Positions 13,801 through 34,030 of a stretch of DNA of 64,000 nucleotides are shown here, in pieces (positions within the stretch are counted from its first letter, which is position 1; the number at the start of each line of letters is the position of its first letter). The notes beneath the pieces are model-generated. The model did no database searches and had not been told where the DNA came from. It was given only the letters and a program-made list of their open reading frames with translations. The DNA lies in NCBI RefSeq assembly GCF_009914755.1, contig NC_060928.1; one strand, given 5' to 3'. This DNA comes from the human T2T-CHM13v2.0 reference genome, Homo sapiens. Both the position numbers and the translations under genes were made by a program.

Positions 13801-15040
13801 CAATGAGCTCATGGACTACGACTAGAAATATGGAACACCTAATTACAACTGCACTAATTATTGTCAAGGAAAATTTCTCCTTATGCCCTGAGTTGTGGGA
13901 ATGTGGAATTACCATGAGTAAACTGGATACCCTACAACTTTGCATTAGTAAAGCCAACACCACTATTGAAAAGGATTTCTACAAAGACAGATACATCAGA
14001 AAATGATAGCTCATTTGGTGGAGCAGAGAAACAAGGATTGCATGTTTCTGCAAATAATGCCAGCAGCCACAAGCTGAAAGGTAATCTTTATTGAGTGCAC
14101 AGTATGGATTGAACTTGAAGTTCTATATCTGAGCTTCCACCCTACCTACATATACATAGCACAATCAGCATCAGTGGTGTCATCTGAAAATTAAGTGCAA
14201 CAATATAAAGTTTGCAGTCAACGGCTCAGGTTTTGACATTTACTTCCCCTGAGTATAGCAGGCTTCTTATCTAAGGAGTCTGCATTTGTGACAGACCATG
14301 GCCCTTATGAGTTCCCGCAGGCACTCTAGGGTGAGTTGGGAGCCAATTTATCAACATCGATGACTTACACCGGTTTCAGTCCTCTCATCACTCTTTGGCA
14401 GACTCATCCAGCTAGCGAGCAATTAGCTGTGTCCGCTCTGCAGCACTTCATTCAGGGAAAGCAGCAAAAACTTTCTAAGATGACTGGAACTCCACAGATA
14501 TATCCATCCCATTGCTCGATCACTGCTGGAAAAGGCAGTCAAGGGTATTAGCTTATCAGCTGTTGACCAGAGGGTGATTTCAGTGTCAGTTTTAACTTCC
14601 TACAAGTTGCCAATGTCTGCAGTGTGGGAGTCTATTTTTGGCCAAAGATTTAGGAGGCAATGGTAGTTTTGAAATGCCTAAGGCTTCTAAGCCAATTTGG
14701 AAAATTCAGAAGTCTGAATGCAATAAAGTTCTATAGGTAGAACTCATCCTACGAATATTTTCATTGCAAAGGGAAAGCCTAAAACTTATTTCTCTTGGGA
14801 TTTCCTCATCTGGAGCGTGTAATAAAGTGGTCTTTGGTCAGACTAGTGGGTGTGTGGCTACAATTTTTACAAAAGGGATCTTACAACACGAAATTGATTA
14901 GTGGGGTGAACCAGGTTCCCACTTCAGTGTTTTGCTTCTGGAAAATAGGGAGAAAAGACAAGAGTACTGGGATTGTTTATGAATGCCAACTCAACAAAGT
15001 GGGCACACTGGAGAATTCAGAGCAAAACAAGACTGCTTGC

Positions 15041-15460
15041 TGTGATGGGTGCTTCCACTTTGCCCCTGCAGATCCACTCTCTACTTCTGCACCCTGCTTG
15101 GCATCCTGGAAGGCTGACCTTTAGGGACCACATAAGCAGGCTTCCTTGCTCTCTGACTTCCGGTTGAGCCTAACCAATGGGAGGCCAGCAGAGATTGAAG
15201 CAGGAAGGAGAGTGTAGTAGGGATGCGCATTACCCAAGCCTCTCCCAAGGGGGCCGTGAGGAGATACTGTCCCTCTGCTAAGGCACAGCTTCCTCGGAGT
15301 GGCCGTCTGCTCTACTTGCAGCTCCTTTTGCTGGGGACCACAAAGTGCCCCTCAACTTTACAGGCTTAGGGCTGGTTTCCCCAAGCCCTGTCCATACCCT
15401 CATCAATAGCCCTTTATTAAAGCCTTCTGTGATCCTGTTTGTGTGATCTATTTGTATTTC
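15041..15460 (+). mobile_element. LTR33 (ERVL) solo LTR
   Basis: TTTGCCCCTGCAGATCCACTCTC...GGCTGACCT...CTTCCGGTTGAGCCTAACCAATGGGAGGC, and CCCTTTATTAAA near the end. Confidence 0.75.
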
Positions 15461-15543
15461 TCACATATATAAATAATCCATGGCTAATTTTTACAAAGGA
15501 AAAAAGTTCTTTATAACATCAAAACTTAATACCCATTTTTAAA

Positions 15544-15853
<310 letters not shown>

Positions 15854-16084
15854 TCAGTACTCATTTTAAACAAATCAATGCGCATGTCAACCTGCAGTTA
15901 TCTTCCAAATACAATTGATGGGCCATCAGAGTCATTTGGAAAGTGAGAGGAGCCCCAGGCTCCCGGAGCAGGTGTGTTACTGCTTTCAAAATCCCCGTCA
16001 ACAGCCGTATTCATTGTGTGGCAGTCAGGAAATGAAACTTTAGGCATTTGACATCCTAACCTGGCAGTTGATTGGAGGTTTTTA

Positions 16085-16428
<344 letters not shown>

Positions 16429-16673
16429 CACTAATCTTTTGGTGTACACGGGGGATTGGTTCCAGGACACCCGCGTATACCCAAATTCGCACACACTCCA
16501 GTCCACAGTTGGCCATGTGGAACTGGCACGCACAAAAGGTTGGCTCTCTTTATACACGTGTTTCTCAGCCCACAAATAATATATTTCCAATCCGGGTTTG
16601 GCTCTGGGTTGAAAAATATCCACATAGAAGTGGACCCACACAGGTCAGCCCCGCATTGTTCAAGGGTCAACTG
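16429..16673 (+). mobile_element. MER8 (Tigger-derived MITE)
   Basis: GGGGGATTGGTTCCAGGAC...GTGGACCC...TTGTTCAAGGGTCAACTG, about 245 bp, flanked by TA at 16427-16428 and 16674-16675. Confidence 0.8.
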
Positions 16674-18518
16674 TAGTTGGAAACGAACTCTCAATGTTTC
16701 ATGCAGAAAGCCTGTTTTCCAGGAATAGACTCCTGACATTTGGCAGGGAAAGCCTACGTGAGGAGAAAAGATTCTCACAGAGTCCTTAAAAAAAAAAAAA
16801 AAGAAAAAGAGGAGGAAAGAAATAGTTAATAGCAACATAATGTCTGAGTTGATTTCATTATTTGTTAAGTAGAAAAAAATGACAATACCTAAATTGCAGG
16901 AATTAAAAATAAGGAATGTGTGCCTGGGACATGTGATTTCTGTAAATGTGAACTGTTATTATGTATCCTAACTATTTTACTGATTTCTCAAATAGAATTT
17001 TTTAATGTTACCACTTATGGAAAACAAAAAATGTTTGAGAATTCCTTCATGATCTATGGATGGATGTCATACCTGTAACACAAATAGAATTCAGCTGTCC
17101 TCTTGACTTCTGCATTTAGCTAACTCTATGGCACAGACTTACAATGAAACATTTTAACTAGTTTTTTCTCATTATGTGCAAGCAGAGGAGATAGAAGGAA
17201 TAGCAAAGAAGAAAAAGGGAACCCAGTTGACAATAATCAAAGAGGTCAAATTGCTGATATAGTTAAGAAATTATGATTGAACTGGAATGTGGATGAAATT
17301 ATTAACAAAAGACTCAAGAGTCCTTCAACTTAATGATTCTTTCATAATCAGAAACCACCATTTTAAGTAAATCTGCACCCTGTAAAGTGCATGTTAAATG
17401 AATGATTTTCTTCATGCCTTACCACACTGCTAAGGGAGACAGCTGCTTACTTAGGACAAGGTCAAGAAAAATATTTGTTTAATACTTTTTTCATAACTAT
17501 ATCTTTATTTGTTTTCAGATTTATTACATAGAAGAGCAATTTGACGAGTTAACTACTCATTTTTCCCATATTTTAATGCTACAATACAGAGAACAATAAC
17601 ATATCAATTAACTTTAATTACCCTCTGGCTGGCTACCTTAGATCTCTGCCATAGTAAGCAGTGTGCTTTTACGAATAGCCTCCTGACAGTGAAAACCTCA
17701 AGAGGTCGATAACTCCTTTTACAATTTCTGTCCAGGGTCTCACACACACAAAAAAATCATTTAATATATTCTGTATGTTGCCTCATCCCTCCAATATTCT
17801 CAGAAGTCAGAATTGTATCATTTATAAGTGGATGGATATTAAAGATAGGTTCGTGGAGTCAAGAAGGGAAAAGATCCAACCACAGGGAAGTGAACTCCCA
17901 CTACCTGAGCAAGGAACTCCTAAGTTTGTACTAAACTGAGATGCAAAGGTAAGAGGTTCCCTGTGTGTCATGGTTACAAAGCTTAAGCAGCTGGGAGGTG
18001 GCCCTGAACTGTGAGAATGAGAATGAAAGGCGAGTATCATTCTCTTTCTCACAGTTCAAATCGAGCCTGTGATACCTTCCAAGTTAATTCACCTGACATA
18101 CGCACACAATAACTTCCGGTAAAATCTAAAAAACCAAGCATTTAGCCAGATTTAAAATATCACATACTGGTAATACTAGCTCCTCTGATGTAAACTTTGG
18201 GCAATGTTAGACACAGGATTAATCCTCTGTCTGATGGACTTTTCCAAGATAGTGATTTCTCTGTATTAGTCAGTCCTGAGATGTCCTACATGGTCAACTG
18301 GTCATCTAGAGAGCATCCAGGAAGCAGTGGTCAGCTAGGTCATGCATCGCTATGTGTGCCCCACTGCCTCTTTCCTGCCTCGTTTCCCTTTCCTCTCACC
18401 CTTGCAGCTCTTGGATTGTACTCACCAAACACAATACTGGCAATCAATTAAGCAGTAAAATACCAAGAGTCAAAACCTGTTTCTTGAAACCTTCTTCTTA
18501 TAATAAATACTATAACTA

Positions 18519-18815
<297 letters not shown>

Positions 18816-19274
18816 AATATGATAACATGGCTTTTGTATGAGATGGGAGGGCTTCATTGAAATAGAACAAGCCCTGAGATAATGGGCATATAAATTAGGT
18901 TTGCCTTGGCCTTTGGCGCCCAACCTTCCACGTTCCCTTTCTCTGGTACTTTCCAATTTTTATTGAATGCCTGGTTTTTAGGTACCGAGTGAAGTCATTA
19001 TGCCTCTAACTCTCCCAGAATTAATTCTTAACTGAGGTACACACATTACTAACTTAATACACATTAACAATGCCATGCGTTACCCTTCCGGTGGCATTAC
19101 ATTTTTTAGAAATAACTTGTAGAAGGGACATTGATAAACCCTAAGGAATTCATTTCTAATAGTAACTTTTCAGACAAATCTATGGGACATAAATTGCTGT
19201 GGAAATAAGTTCGAATTAAAAAAAAACTTTTTGGATGCCATTTAAATCACACAAAGTTGACAAAAAATTCAGGA

Positions 19275-19460
19275 TCAGTATTCCATCAGACCTGGGCTCG
19301 AATGGCAGTTTTGCTCTTTACAAGCCGTGCGACATTAGATAAGTTACTTAACCTCTCTGTGCCTCAGCTGTAAAATGGGGAAAATAATTAATACCTACCT
19401 CATAGGCTCATGATATGATTAAGTGAATTACTACGTGTAAAGTCCTTACCAGCATAAGCA
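19275..19460 (+). mobile_element. MIR
   Basis: CAGACCTGGGCTCGAAT...AAGTTACTTAACCTCTCTGTGCCTCAG...CTGTAAAATGGGG. Confidence 0.85.
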
Positions 19461-20248
19461 GTGTGCTATACCCTGTAAAGTTCCCACAGTCAAGTGGAGG
19501 AACAGGCTTACTTCACAGGACAGTGTGAGCAGGTCTATCACAGGAGGAGGTGAAAATGCTGAAGTACTAAGGAGGAGAGTTAGGCTAACTTTTGCCTGTG
19601 TGAACAATCAAGTATTTATTCTTTGTCATGTTTGAGAAATTATTCCATTATCAACTTCTGTTACCAACGTCAAGGCAATGACTCATGAAACTCGGCCTCT
19701 TTATTGAGACACTTGATATGAAAATCATTCTTAAAAATCTGTGAAATCATTGTTTAAAGTCACCATCTCATGTGTAGGAGCTGCCGCTAAAATTATTCAG
19801 TGCTATAGGCTTTCTTATGCTTCCTAAACAATCAGTTGTTATATTCATTGGAAATTAAAATATCAAGCTATCAGCAAGAGGAGTTCATGTACAAGCAGTG
19901 TTTTGATGGCTCTGAGCTATAGAAATCTTCATTCAGATATTAAGCAATTTTATGTTTGAGACACAAAATGAGCTTAAAAGTGAAATATGATGCATAGAAA
20001 ATGTCTACAGTCTTAATATTGATGTGCTATTTCATAGGATATAGTGATAGAATACCTGTGATTTGGTGGTGTTCTTTTCTTCTTCTCAACAAAGGCCTTG
20101 TCCTTGCTCCTTTTTGAGCACAAGCATTTAAAGAGGAGTGAAATTGCCTTTTTGATATTCTGAGCAAATTTGTTGGGTGTGGGAGGAGAACTTTTCACAA
20201 AGTAAGTATCTGTCACATAACCAGCCTAGCGTCTACTATATGAACATC

Positions 20249-20600
20249 TGTATCCCACAAGATGGGCGAGGTTGCACCACAGCAAGAGACACCCCAAACC
20301 CTCTGGCTACAAGTTCATCTCAGGTCAGCTGGAGGCTCTGTTTGACTTGTCCTCGCTCCAGAATACAGGCTGATGGAATAAGTGCTGTCCCCAGCATCGC
20401 CACTCGCTGGCAAATGAAAAGAGAAAGGCGAAAGCTGTCCAACCACGCACTGGCTCTTAAGGCTTCCAACTCAAATTTCAATGGCCGAAGTAAATCCCAT
20501 GGCCACATCTACCCTTAAAGAAGCAAGGAAGAGATGTTTTACATGTCCTGGAAGGGAGAGAAGTGGAAAAAAATTAGTAAACAGCCTCATGACTGCAACA
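20249..20600 (-). mobile_element. MLT1J-like MaLR LTR
   Basis: CAGGCTGATGGA...CACGCACTGGCTCTTAAGGCTTCC...CATGGCCACATCTA...AACAGCCTCATGACTGCAACA. Confidence 0.65.
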
Positions 20601-20804
20601 ATAACTGACCTCTTCTTTGTTCATTTCTTGTGCTATGTTTATGAGCTCACTTTCTCTGATAGGACCAGAAGACATGTAACAAATCCAAGATCATTATTAT
20701 GAAAGAAGCAAAGAACACCACATAAAGTGATTTTATAAAATTAAGAGGAATAAAGCCACGGTAACATTGGCTGGCACTCAGATGTGGATTTTCTCTATGC
20801 TTTC

Positions 20805-21334
20805 TCCCTAGCCATCTATTGCTGCATAATGAACCACCTCAAAACTTAGTAATTAAAATAAGCACAATTGACTTGCCCACAGTTCTGCAGTTTGGGTTGG
20901 GCTTAGCTGATGATTCTTCTCTTGGATCTGCTGAGCTCATTCACACAGTTGCAGTTGTGTGGTGCAGGAACGGTTGGAAGGTCCACCATGGGCTCACTCA
21001 CCTCTCTGGTAGTTGATCTTGGCTGGTGCCTGGCTTTCTTTCTCCTCAAGGATCTTTCTTCCTCAAGGAGTCCAACCCAGGACACTTTATACAGTAATCT
21101 CAGAGCAACAAGAGGGAAAGAGTGAAAGCCGAAAGCCTTCTTGAGGAGAAGCTAATATGTCATACAACTTCACTTTCCCTGCGTTTTGTTCACCAAATCC
21201 AGTACAGGGCCCATCCTGTTCAAGGGTAGCGGAAATAGACTTTTGATGGGAGAAGCAGCAGCTTCACATGGCAGAAGAGTGGGATCCAGGGATGGGAGGA
21301 AGTGCTGTGTCTACCTTTGCAAACAGTCTACCAC
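20805..21334 (-). mobile_element. MLT1H-like MaLR LTR
   Basis: TATTGCTGCATAATGAACCACCTCAAAACTTAG...GGGCTTAGCTG...TTGCAAACAGTCTACCAC. Confidence 0.65.
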
Positions 21335-21656
21335 GCCTGCAGAGGATGGGATGATCCCTGGCTTTGGGGTCCGCCTTGAGAATGCATAACCAGCCCAGAA
21401 AATATAGCATGATATTCCAGAGATTTCTCAACAGGTTTGCTTCTGTTACAAATGGATTGCAGTCTGGAAAATAACTGAAAAATGCATTTTCCATTTGTGA
21501 GAAGTGCAGAGATTTTTCCCTTGATTGTTCTGCTACGTCCTGCCCATCAGCAGAGGACTCCATCCCAGCAACTATCTCTGACTGCTTGCGGAGCACGTGA
21601 GCCACCTGCACTTCGCAGTCTCTGATTGTTTTCCTTTTGAAATAATATTGTATACT

Positions 21657-22082
<426 letters not shown>

Positions 22083-22279
22083 TTATTTGCCAAGGTCTGC
22101 ACAGGCAATGGCAATGTGAATAACCAATCTCATAGAAATAGAAAAACTCATCAGTTTTTCTATGATGTCATGTGATAGAGAAATAGGAAGCCAAAGCTAA
22201 CTTTGCAAAACTTTGCCAACTGAGCTTATTTGGCAAATGATCTCACCTGGTTCTGCCACAATTGGGTAAATTGAAGGAT

Positions 22280-23150
22280 CAGGAGGGCGGAGCAAGACTA
22301 GGTTGGAAGAAGGCTGCGGTGGCAGAGGGGACACTGTGCATGAAGGCCCTCATGCAGGAACAGCACAGCATGATTAAAGAGCAAGAAAAGGCCAGTGTGG
22401 CTGGAGGGCATGGTGCCAGATGGGAGGGACAGGAGCTGAGGACAGGAAGGTGGATAGGGACTGTGTTGGTCCATTTTTGCGTTGCTATTAAGGGATACCT
22501 GAGACTAATTTATATAAGAAAATTAGTCTAAGATCATTTATAAAGAAAAGAGGTTGCATTGGCTCATGGTTCTGCAGGCTGCACAAGCATGGCTCCAGCA
22601 TCTGCTTCTGATGATGGTTCCAGGAAAGTTACAATCATGGCGGAAGGGGAAGTGGAGCCTGCATGTTACATTGTGAGAGCACAGCAAGGGGGCGGGGAGG
22701 GGAGATGCCACGCTCTTTTAAACAACCAGATCTCGTGAGAACTCAGAGCAAGAACTCACTCATTACCATGGGAATGGAGCTCAGCCATTCGTGAGGGATC
22801 TGCCCCTGTGATCCAACACCTGCCACTCAGCCCAGACTCCAACATGGGGAGTCACATTTCAACATGGGATTTGAAGGAAACAAATATGTCAACCATATCA
22901 GGGGCCATTCAAACGGGTTTGGATTTGGAAAAGATTTGAACGAGAAAGTGACATAATCAGAGATGCATTTAAAGATCGCTCTAAGTGTTGCGTGAAAAAT
23001 AGATAATTGGACCAGGGCAAGATAGAAGCAGAACAGGTCTATTGTATGGAATCTAAGGGAAAGATGCTGGTGCCTAGAATGAGACAGATGGCTGAATCTC
23101 CAGGACTTTATGACAAAATAAATGTGGGGTGAGTGGAAGACAAGGCGTTA
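22280..23150 (-). mobile_element. L2 fragment interrupted by MSTA
   Basis: AAGGCCAGTGTGGCTGGAG before the LTR and GTGACATAATCAGAGATGCATTTAAAGATCGCTCT after it. Confidence 0.65.
22462..22900 (-). mobile_element. MSTA-like MaLR solo LTR
   Basis: TGTGTTGGTCCATTTTTGCGTTGCTAT...GGCTCATGGTTCTGCAGGCTG...AACCATATCA. Near-TSD GGGAC / GGGGC. Confidence 0.88.
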
Positions 23151-23462
23151 ACAAGGTTTCCCTACAGGAGAAACATGGAGATCTTATCTGACTCTAGTGG
23201 CTAATTAAGAAGGGCCAACCACAAGACATTTTCTAAGGAGAGCCCACATTCCTAATCTTCTAAGGCAGTGAGAAGTTTACAAATTGGGGTGTTTTCACCT
23301 GAGGGGTGCTTAATATATGGGGTGCAGAAAGAAAATATTAGACCTGCTATACACAGTATTTTACTAAAAGTATAAGAAAACAAGCTCTTTTAATGTTTGA
23401 TGTTGAGATTGATAATAATATGCTATAAATACTCACAAAGGGAAGTAAGTGTGCACACATTT

Positions 23463-26985
<3,523 letters not shown>

Positions 26986-27017
26986 GTGTGCACACATTTT
27001 TTATTGATGGGGTGCCA

Positions 27018-27963
<946 letters not shown>

Positions 27964-28179
27964 AGTGCATTGCCAAAAGTGTGGCATTCACTGCTCTAGT
28001 GTATCAACTTTGTGACTGTTTTTCACAGCCTATCATTTATGGTCATGCAGGAGCTGAGGAGAAAAGCAATTTCTAAAATCATTAGAGCACAAAAAATGCC
28101 ATGAGTTTTTTAGAGTAAGATAAACCTATTGCTACTACACAAATCCAGGTTGTTACCACTAGCTGAGTGTGAGGTGTGG

Positions 28180-28537
28180 TGTATTAGTCTGTTTTCACAC
28201 TGCTATAAAGAACTACCGGAGACAGGGTAATTTATGAAGAAAAGAGGTTTAATTGACTCACAGTTCTACATGGCTGGGGAGGCCTCAGGAAATCATAGCA
28301 GAAGGCAAAGGGAAGGCAGGCACGTCTTACATGGTGGCAGGAGAGAGAGAGTGGAGTGGGGAAGTGCCACACTTTTAAACCGTCATATCTCGTGAGAACT
28401 AACTCACTATCACAAGAACAGCATGGAGGAAATCCACCTCCATGATCCAATCACCTCCCACCAGGTCCCTCCCCTGACATTGGGGGATTAAAATTCCAGA
28501 TGAAATGTGGGTGGGGACACAGAGCCAAACCATATCA
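28180..28537 (-). mobile_element. THE1D-like MaLR solo LTR
   Basis: TGTATTAGTCTGTTTTCACACTGCTATAAAG...GAGCCAAACCATATCA. Perfect 5-bp TSD TGTGG at 28175-28179 and 28538-28542. Confidence 0.92.
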
Positions 28538-31500
28538 TGTGGGCATATATTCCATCATAAAAATAGACTCCTGCATTCTACACCAAGCTTTTAAAAGAGC
28601 TTTGCAAATATTAAGTAAACCAGTTTTCGATATTCTGATTCCAGGATTCCAGTGCACAGAAATATGGGAAAATGAGAGGAGATCTATATCGTAATGGAAA
28701 GCCAGAATCTTTTTGTAGAAGTTATACATGAATAACATGATTTTTAGCTTGATCTTCTTCCTGGGATCTAGTTTCTGCCTCAGTGTGAATCACACATGAT
28801 CCCCATGTTAGTAGATGTTTATCTGGGGTAGTATAACATCCTTGGGTTGTTTGCATTCTTGGACTTTACCTCCCTGATTCCCTGAATGTTGCCTTACTGA
28901 GAGCCCTTCCATTTTAAAGGAGGCCGTTAAGAATATGACGGCATGAGCCACAGTGGGCACCCTTTTGAGTTGGAAATCTCAAACCAAACGAAACAACTTC
29001 AGTAGAATAAATCTTCAGTAGTAGTCCTATAACCAATTAAAATAAGTGTCGTCTTGGGTTTGTTCTGTTTCCTTGACTTAAAGGAGAAGTAGAGTGCTAA
29101 AATAGCAACTTTAGGTGAGGATTTTCTCCATGAAAAACATGCTCTCAGATTCCTGTCTGAAATTTGGTTATCCTTCCAGAAGTAGCCCAATTTCTCTTCC
29201 CTGGGGGAAACTTCAGAAGGAGCCCAATCCACTTACACCATACGGATATTAATCTCATACGGTTGTTGAGGACAAAGGCTATGCAGTTATTGCTCTGTGT
29301 ATTCCCTCAGCAACAAACTTGCAATGGTAGCCTCACAGGAAATGCTGTTGATTTGTTGATCAGTATTTTAAAATTCAAAGGCAAATTATCCGAGGAAAAC
29401 CACCAAAGATAAGAAAGCTTATGTAGTCTGTGGTTGAAAGGGAGGGTAGATAATTATTTTAGCAGCTATTCTAGATCATCTGGTGCAAATGAGCTGCGGT
29501 ACACAAGAGGACTTGTATATTTGGGTAATAGTGCACCTGACATTGAATTTTTTCTTTATTTGTAGTCAGGTGCAAATAGGTCCCTGGAGGAGTCACACTC
29601 CGAAACGCAGAGGATGCTTCCAGAAATATTATGGTCTCTGGTGCTTTTCCAGAGAATATTCTAAATGACCCTGAGCCTTAAATGAGAATTATCAAATTGT
29701 TATAGTCCAGAACTAATCTAAAAGATGTCTCTTCATCTGATTTCGTCCAGAGCCTGAGGGTTATGACTACTTGGAGATATTTAAGAATAAAGGGGTTCTA
29801 TAGACTCAGAACTGATGTCTGAAGGCACTACTAATATGTCCTTTTTCTCAAAAGATTCCAAAGATGCTCTGAAATGGGTTTTGGGAATTTATGCCTGGAG
29901 TGCTTTAGCACACGGGACATAAATTTGGTTCAGCAGCGTTTGTTCCCCCACACAACCAGGACACTAAATAGATTCGTGTCAACCCCTGCAAGGCAACAAA
30001 CTAATGTTCTTTATCAATTCCTTTATGCAATATGCCATTTTTTATTTAAGGTCATGCTGCCATTTTTTTCAGGGAAAGGGAAGATCTCCTCTTTCACCTT
30101 CTTCCATATTTGCGGTTTGCTCTTAAGAGAAAAATGTGACTTCCATCTTCAGTTCAGCCACATCCGTAGCCTCAGTCTAACACATCGATGGTAGGTAGCA
30201 TTTGGCAATGGTCTCATGCAGGTAACAAATATTCTGTCTTGTCACAATTTAGAATACCTGATGTTTGGAGGAGCTATAAACCTTATTTACATATTTGCCT
30301 TTGCCAACTGTAAATTTCCCTTTTATCGTTCTTGGCCTTATGGGGCTGTAAACATTTGCCATTTGCTCCTTGAAAGTTCGCCCTGTGTAAGAAATATTGA
30401 AGTCATAAATGTGGCATTCTTTCTTCAATCGTTTGAAAAAAATTCAGCCTCTCCAACAGATCCATTTTCAATGTACACATCTGTTTGGGTCTTACTTTTT
30501 TAATTCTTTTTTTTTTTTTTTTGCAAGAGACTTTATTTCCTTTATAGCCATTTATCATCAAGGGGAAAGGTGTGAAACACTTTTTTTTCACACAGCATAC
30601 CTTGCAAATGCAAACCATATGTTATCAGTTTTCCTATGTATTTTGTATTGCTAGTACCATATGCCTCAAGTGATTGATCTTACTGTTGTGAGGTAACTAA
30701 GGATACATATATTTTAAGTCTCTCTTGTAGGAAATAAGATCTCCCTCTATTGCTCTTTCAGATTAATGTGCTAAAAGCCTCTGCTTATCTCTAATGGATG
30801 ATCCATAATTTACATCAAAATTTCAATCACTTTAAATTAATATAGCCATTTCCTTAATGAATCAAGCTACTAGAATCTGCTCTGATTTTCACAAAACAAT
30901 TCAGTCGTGGCTGTTTACAATTTTTTGGTTAGCATAAAATCTGAGTTTTCACAGCATTTTTCATTTTAGTTTTTGAAATTAATTAATAAATTACTTGTAT
31001 TATTTTGAAGTAAGCATCCTCCGTATACACTTTTATGAAAAACATACTCTATATTCATCTTCACCCTCTTTTTCATCTGCTAGGGGATTTCATAAGAAGC
31101 AGGAAAGAGAAAAATATATGTATTCTACTAACAGACTTATATAAATATTGTGAGACCTATCTCTGAAAACATGAGGTTGTTTATTTCTTATTTGTCCCCT
31201 TGAGATTTACAGGAGTAAGTCACATTAATTCTAATGGGATTTAGCCGTCAAAATTTTCTCTGCATCAGCAGCAGAAGGGAGGCATGCGGGCATAGCAAAC
31301 GAGAAAGTTGAAAAATGAATTTTCGTGACCTAAATTTTTTATTGTAATTATTACATAATTAATATTGCACCTTAATACTAGTTCACCTCATTATAGGTAT
31401 AAATACCTGGTATGCATTTACTCTGCAGTGAAAATAAACACTGATGTGCTAATCATAGCTAAACATGGGATTGAAAAACTAATCAATCTTCATGAGGGAC

Positions 31501-32139
31501 ATCAGTAGTCAGTTTCCATCGAATGATCAAGTTGATGAAAAGAGGATATCCCAATACATGCTAATTTGACATGGAAAAAGGGATTCGCTGCAGTTCAGCT
31601 GAGATGGCTGCAGGTGAACAAGGGTCTTACCTAAGTGGGGAGTGTGGATTCCACCATGCTGATCCCCAGGAAACCTGTCAGAGGATCTCTTCCATAAGAC
31701 AGTGGTTGTCAAGCTGGGCTCAGAGAGCCACCAAGCTACCTTGGGAACTTCTATGGGCTGAGAGGGTGGAGTGGAGAGGAACAGATAGGACAGAGGCCTA
31801 CCACTTCCGCTTTCAACCTAGGGTGATGCTTCTCCTTTTACATGTTTACATATTAGCTTTCTTTGTAGGATTTCCTGGGAAGAAAGGGCGCAAGAGCTTT
31901 AAAAAAATTGTTGCAGAGCACAGTAATAGCATAGGCTTCTGGAGGGAGACGGGGCTTCCTCACATAGATCAAATCAAGAGAGGAGGCCACAGTCAGGAAT
32001 TGAACAGACATGGCCATTCTTGTGGCAACTGGGGGGAAATTACATCGTGGGCTCCCTCTTCCCTGCTAACATATAGATACACATATGCCATATATAAATA
32101 TACATAAACATACATGTATATATATGTACACACATGTGG

Positions 32140-32666
<527 letters not shown>

Positions 32667-32679
32667 GTGTCATGACAGG

Positions 32680-34030
32680 TTCCTCTCTTCCTCTCACGTG
32701 CCCAGCCAATCCATCAGCAGTTACTCTTGGCGCTACCTTCTTGATGTACCCACACTCCACCCACTTCTCCCCACCTCTGCTGCAGCGCCTCAGTGCAAGC
32801 GCCCATCGTGTCTTACTGGATTATTGGAATAGCATCTTAACAGTTCTTCTTTTCTCTGCTTTTCCCTCTTCGGTTTATCCTCAACGCAGCGACCAAAGTA
32901 ATCCTGTTAGCTAAACGGATCATGTCACTGCTCTTCTGTTTAGAGCCCCTGATGGCTTCCCGTCACCCTTCGATTAAAAACCAAAGTACTTACAGTGCTA
33001 TCATGCCCTGCATCCTTTACACTTCCCCATGACCTCTCTGACCTCAGCCCCTACCCCTCTGGTTTACACCACTCCAGCCATTTCGCTTCGCTTGATGTTC
33101 CCGAGAAACTTCCACTTACACACACTGCACATTCGGTTTCCTCTTTCTAAAAAGGCTTTCCCGCTAGATACCCATATGCCTTGCTCTCTGCCGCCTTCAG
33201 GTCTCCAAGTGAAGGCCACCTTCCCATGAAGACCTTCTCTGACCACACTACAAGATTGCGAAGCCCCTTCTTCCTCAGCAACTCCTATCCTTTTTTCCTC
33301 TGCAAAATTAGTTATAATTATTCTATAGTTTCTATAACAACAACAAAAAAACTTCAGTGTCTTATCAAAATAGAAATGTATTTCTTATTTATGTGAGTGT
33401 TCCTGATTCACGAGCAACTTTCCTCCATGTGGTGACTAAGAAACAAAACACGTCTTTTGGCTCCCCCAGCAACTCCGGGCTGTGGAGTCCAGTGTGTTCA
33501 GCACATGGGTGGGGAATGAGTAGGTGGAAATTTATACCCACTCCTTAAGCCAGAAAATGACACACGTCACTTCTATGCACATGACAGTGGCAAAACTCAT
33601 CAAATGTTCCTATCCAGACGTGAAGGAGACCTGGAAATATAGTCCCTGGAGGAGCCCGTGTTTTTCCAGTAACATCTTCACACTGTGGGAGGAAAAGCCA
33701 AAACTTTGGTGGAACACTGACGAGGCTCCACCCTCCTGACCTAATTACCTCCGAAAGGCCCTGCCTCCTCCTACAATCACAGTAGGGGTTAGAATCTCAA
33801 CATACAAATGTGAGAGGGACACAGACATTGTCTGTAGCAAGCACTTACCAATTGTAACATGTTACATTTGTACTCATTTATTGTTTTGTTGTTGTCCGTC
33901 ACTCCCACTAAAATCTATGGCCCGTGAGACATGCATTTTTGTTCATTTCAGTCATTGGTACATTCTCAGAGCCTAGAACAGAAATAAATAATTTCTGAGT
34001 GAACAAATGAGTAAATGGGTAGATGGATGA
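32680..34030 (+). mobile_element. L2a 3' portion, interrupted by MaLR fragments at about 33310-33839
   Basis: CCAATCCATCAGCA...GATCATGTCACT...GACCTTCTCTGACCAC, and the 3' end CAGAGCCTAGAACAG...TGAACAAATGAGTAAATG. Confidence 0.75.
33310..33839 (-). mobile_element. MLT1 fragments (MLT1J-like plus MLT1A-like end)
   Basis: CCAGAAAATGACACACGTCACTTCT and CCCTCCTGACCTAATTACCTCC...GGGGTTAGAATCTCAACATACAAAT...GACACAGACATT...TAGCA. Confidence 0.6.

Noticed and set aside
23260-23460. Possible hAT-Charlie MITE hosting the L1PA4/5 insertion
   Set aside because: GGGGTGCAGAAAGAAAATATTAGA looks familiar, but I could not assign a family or termini confidently.
31571-32107. 178-aa ATG ORF in mostly unique sequence
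   Set aside because: No recognisable domain or exon structure, and it ends in TA-rich low complexity. Compatible with chance.
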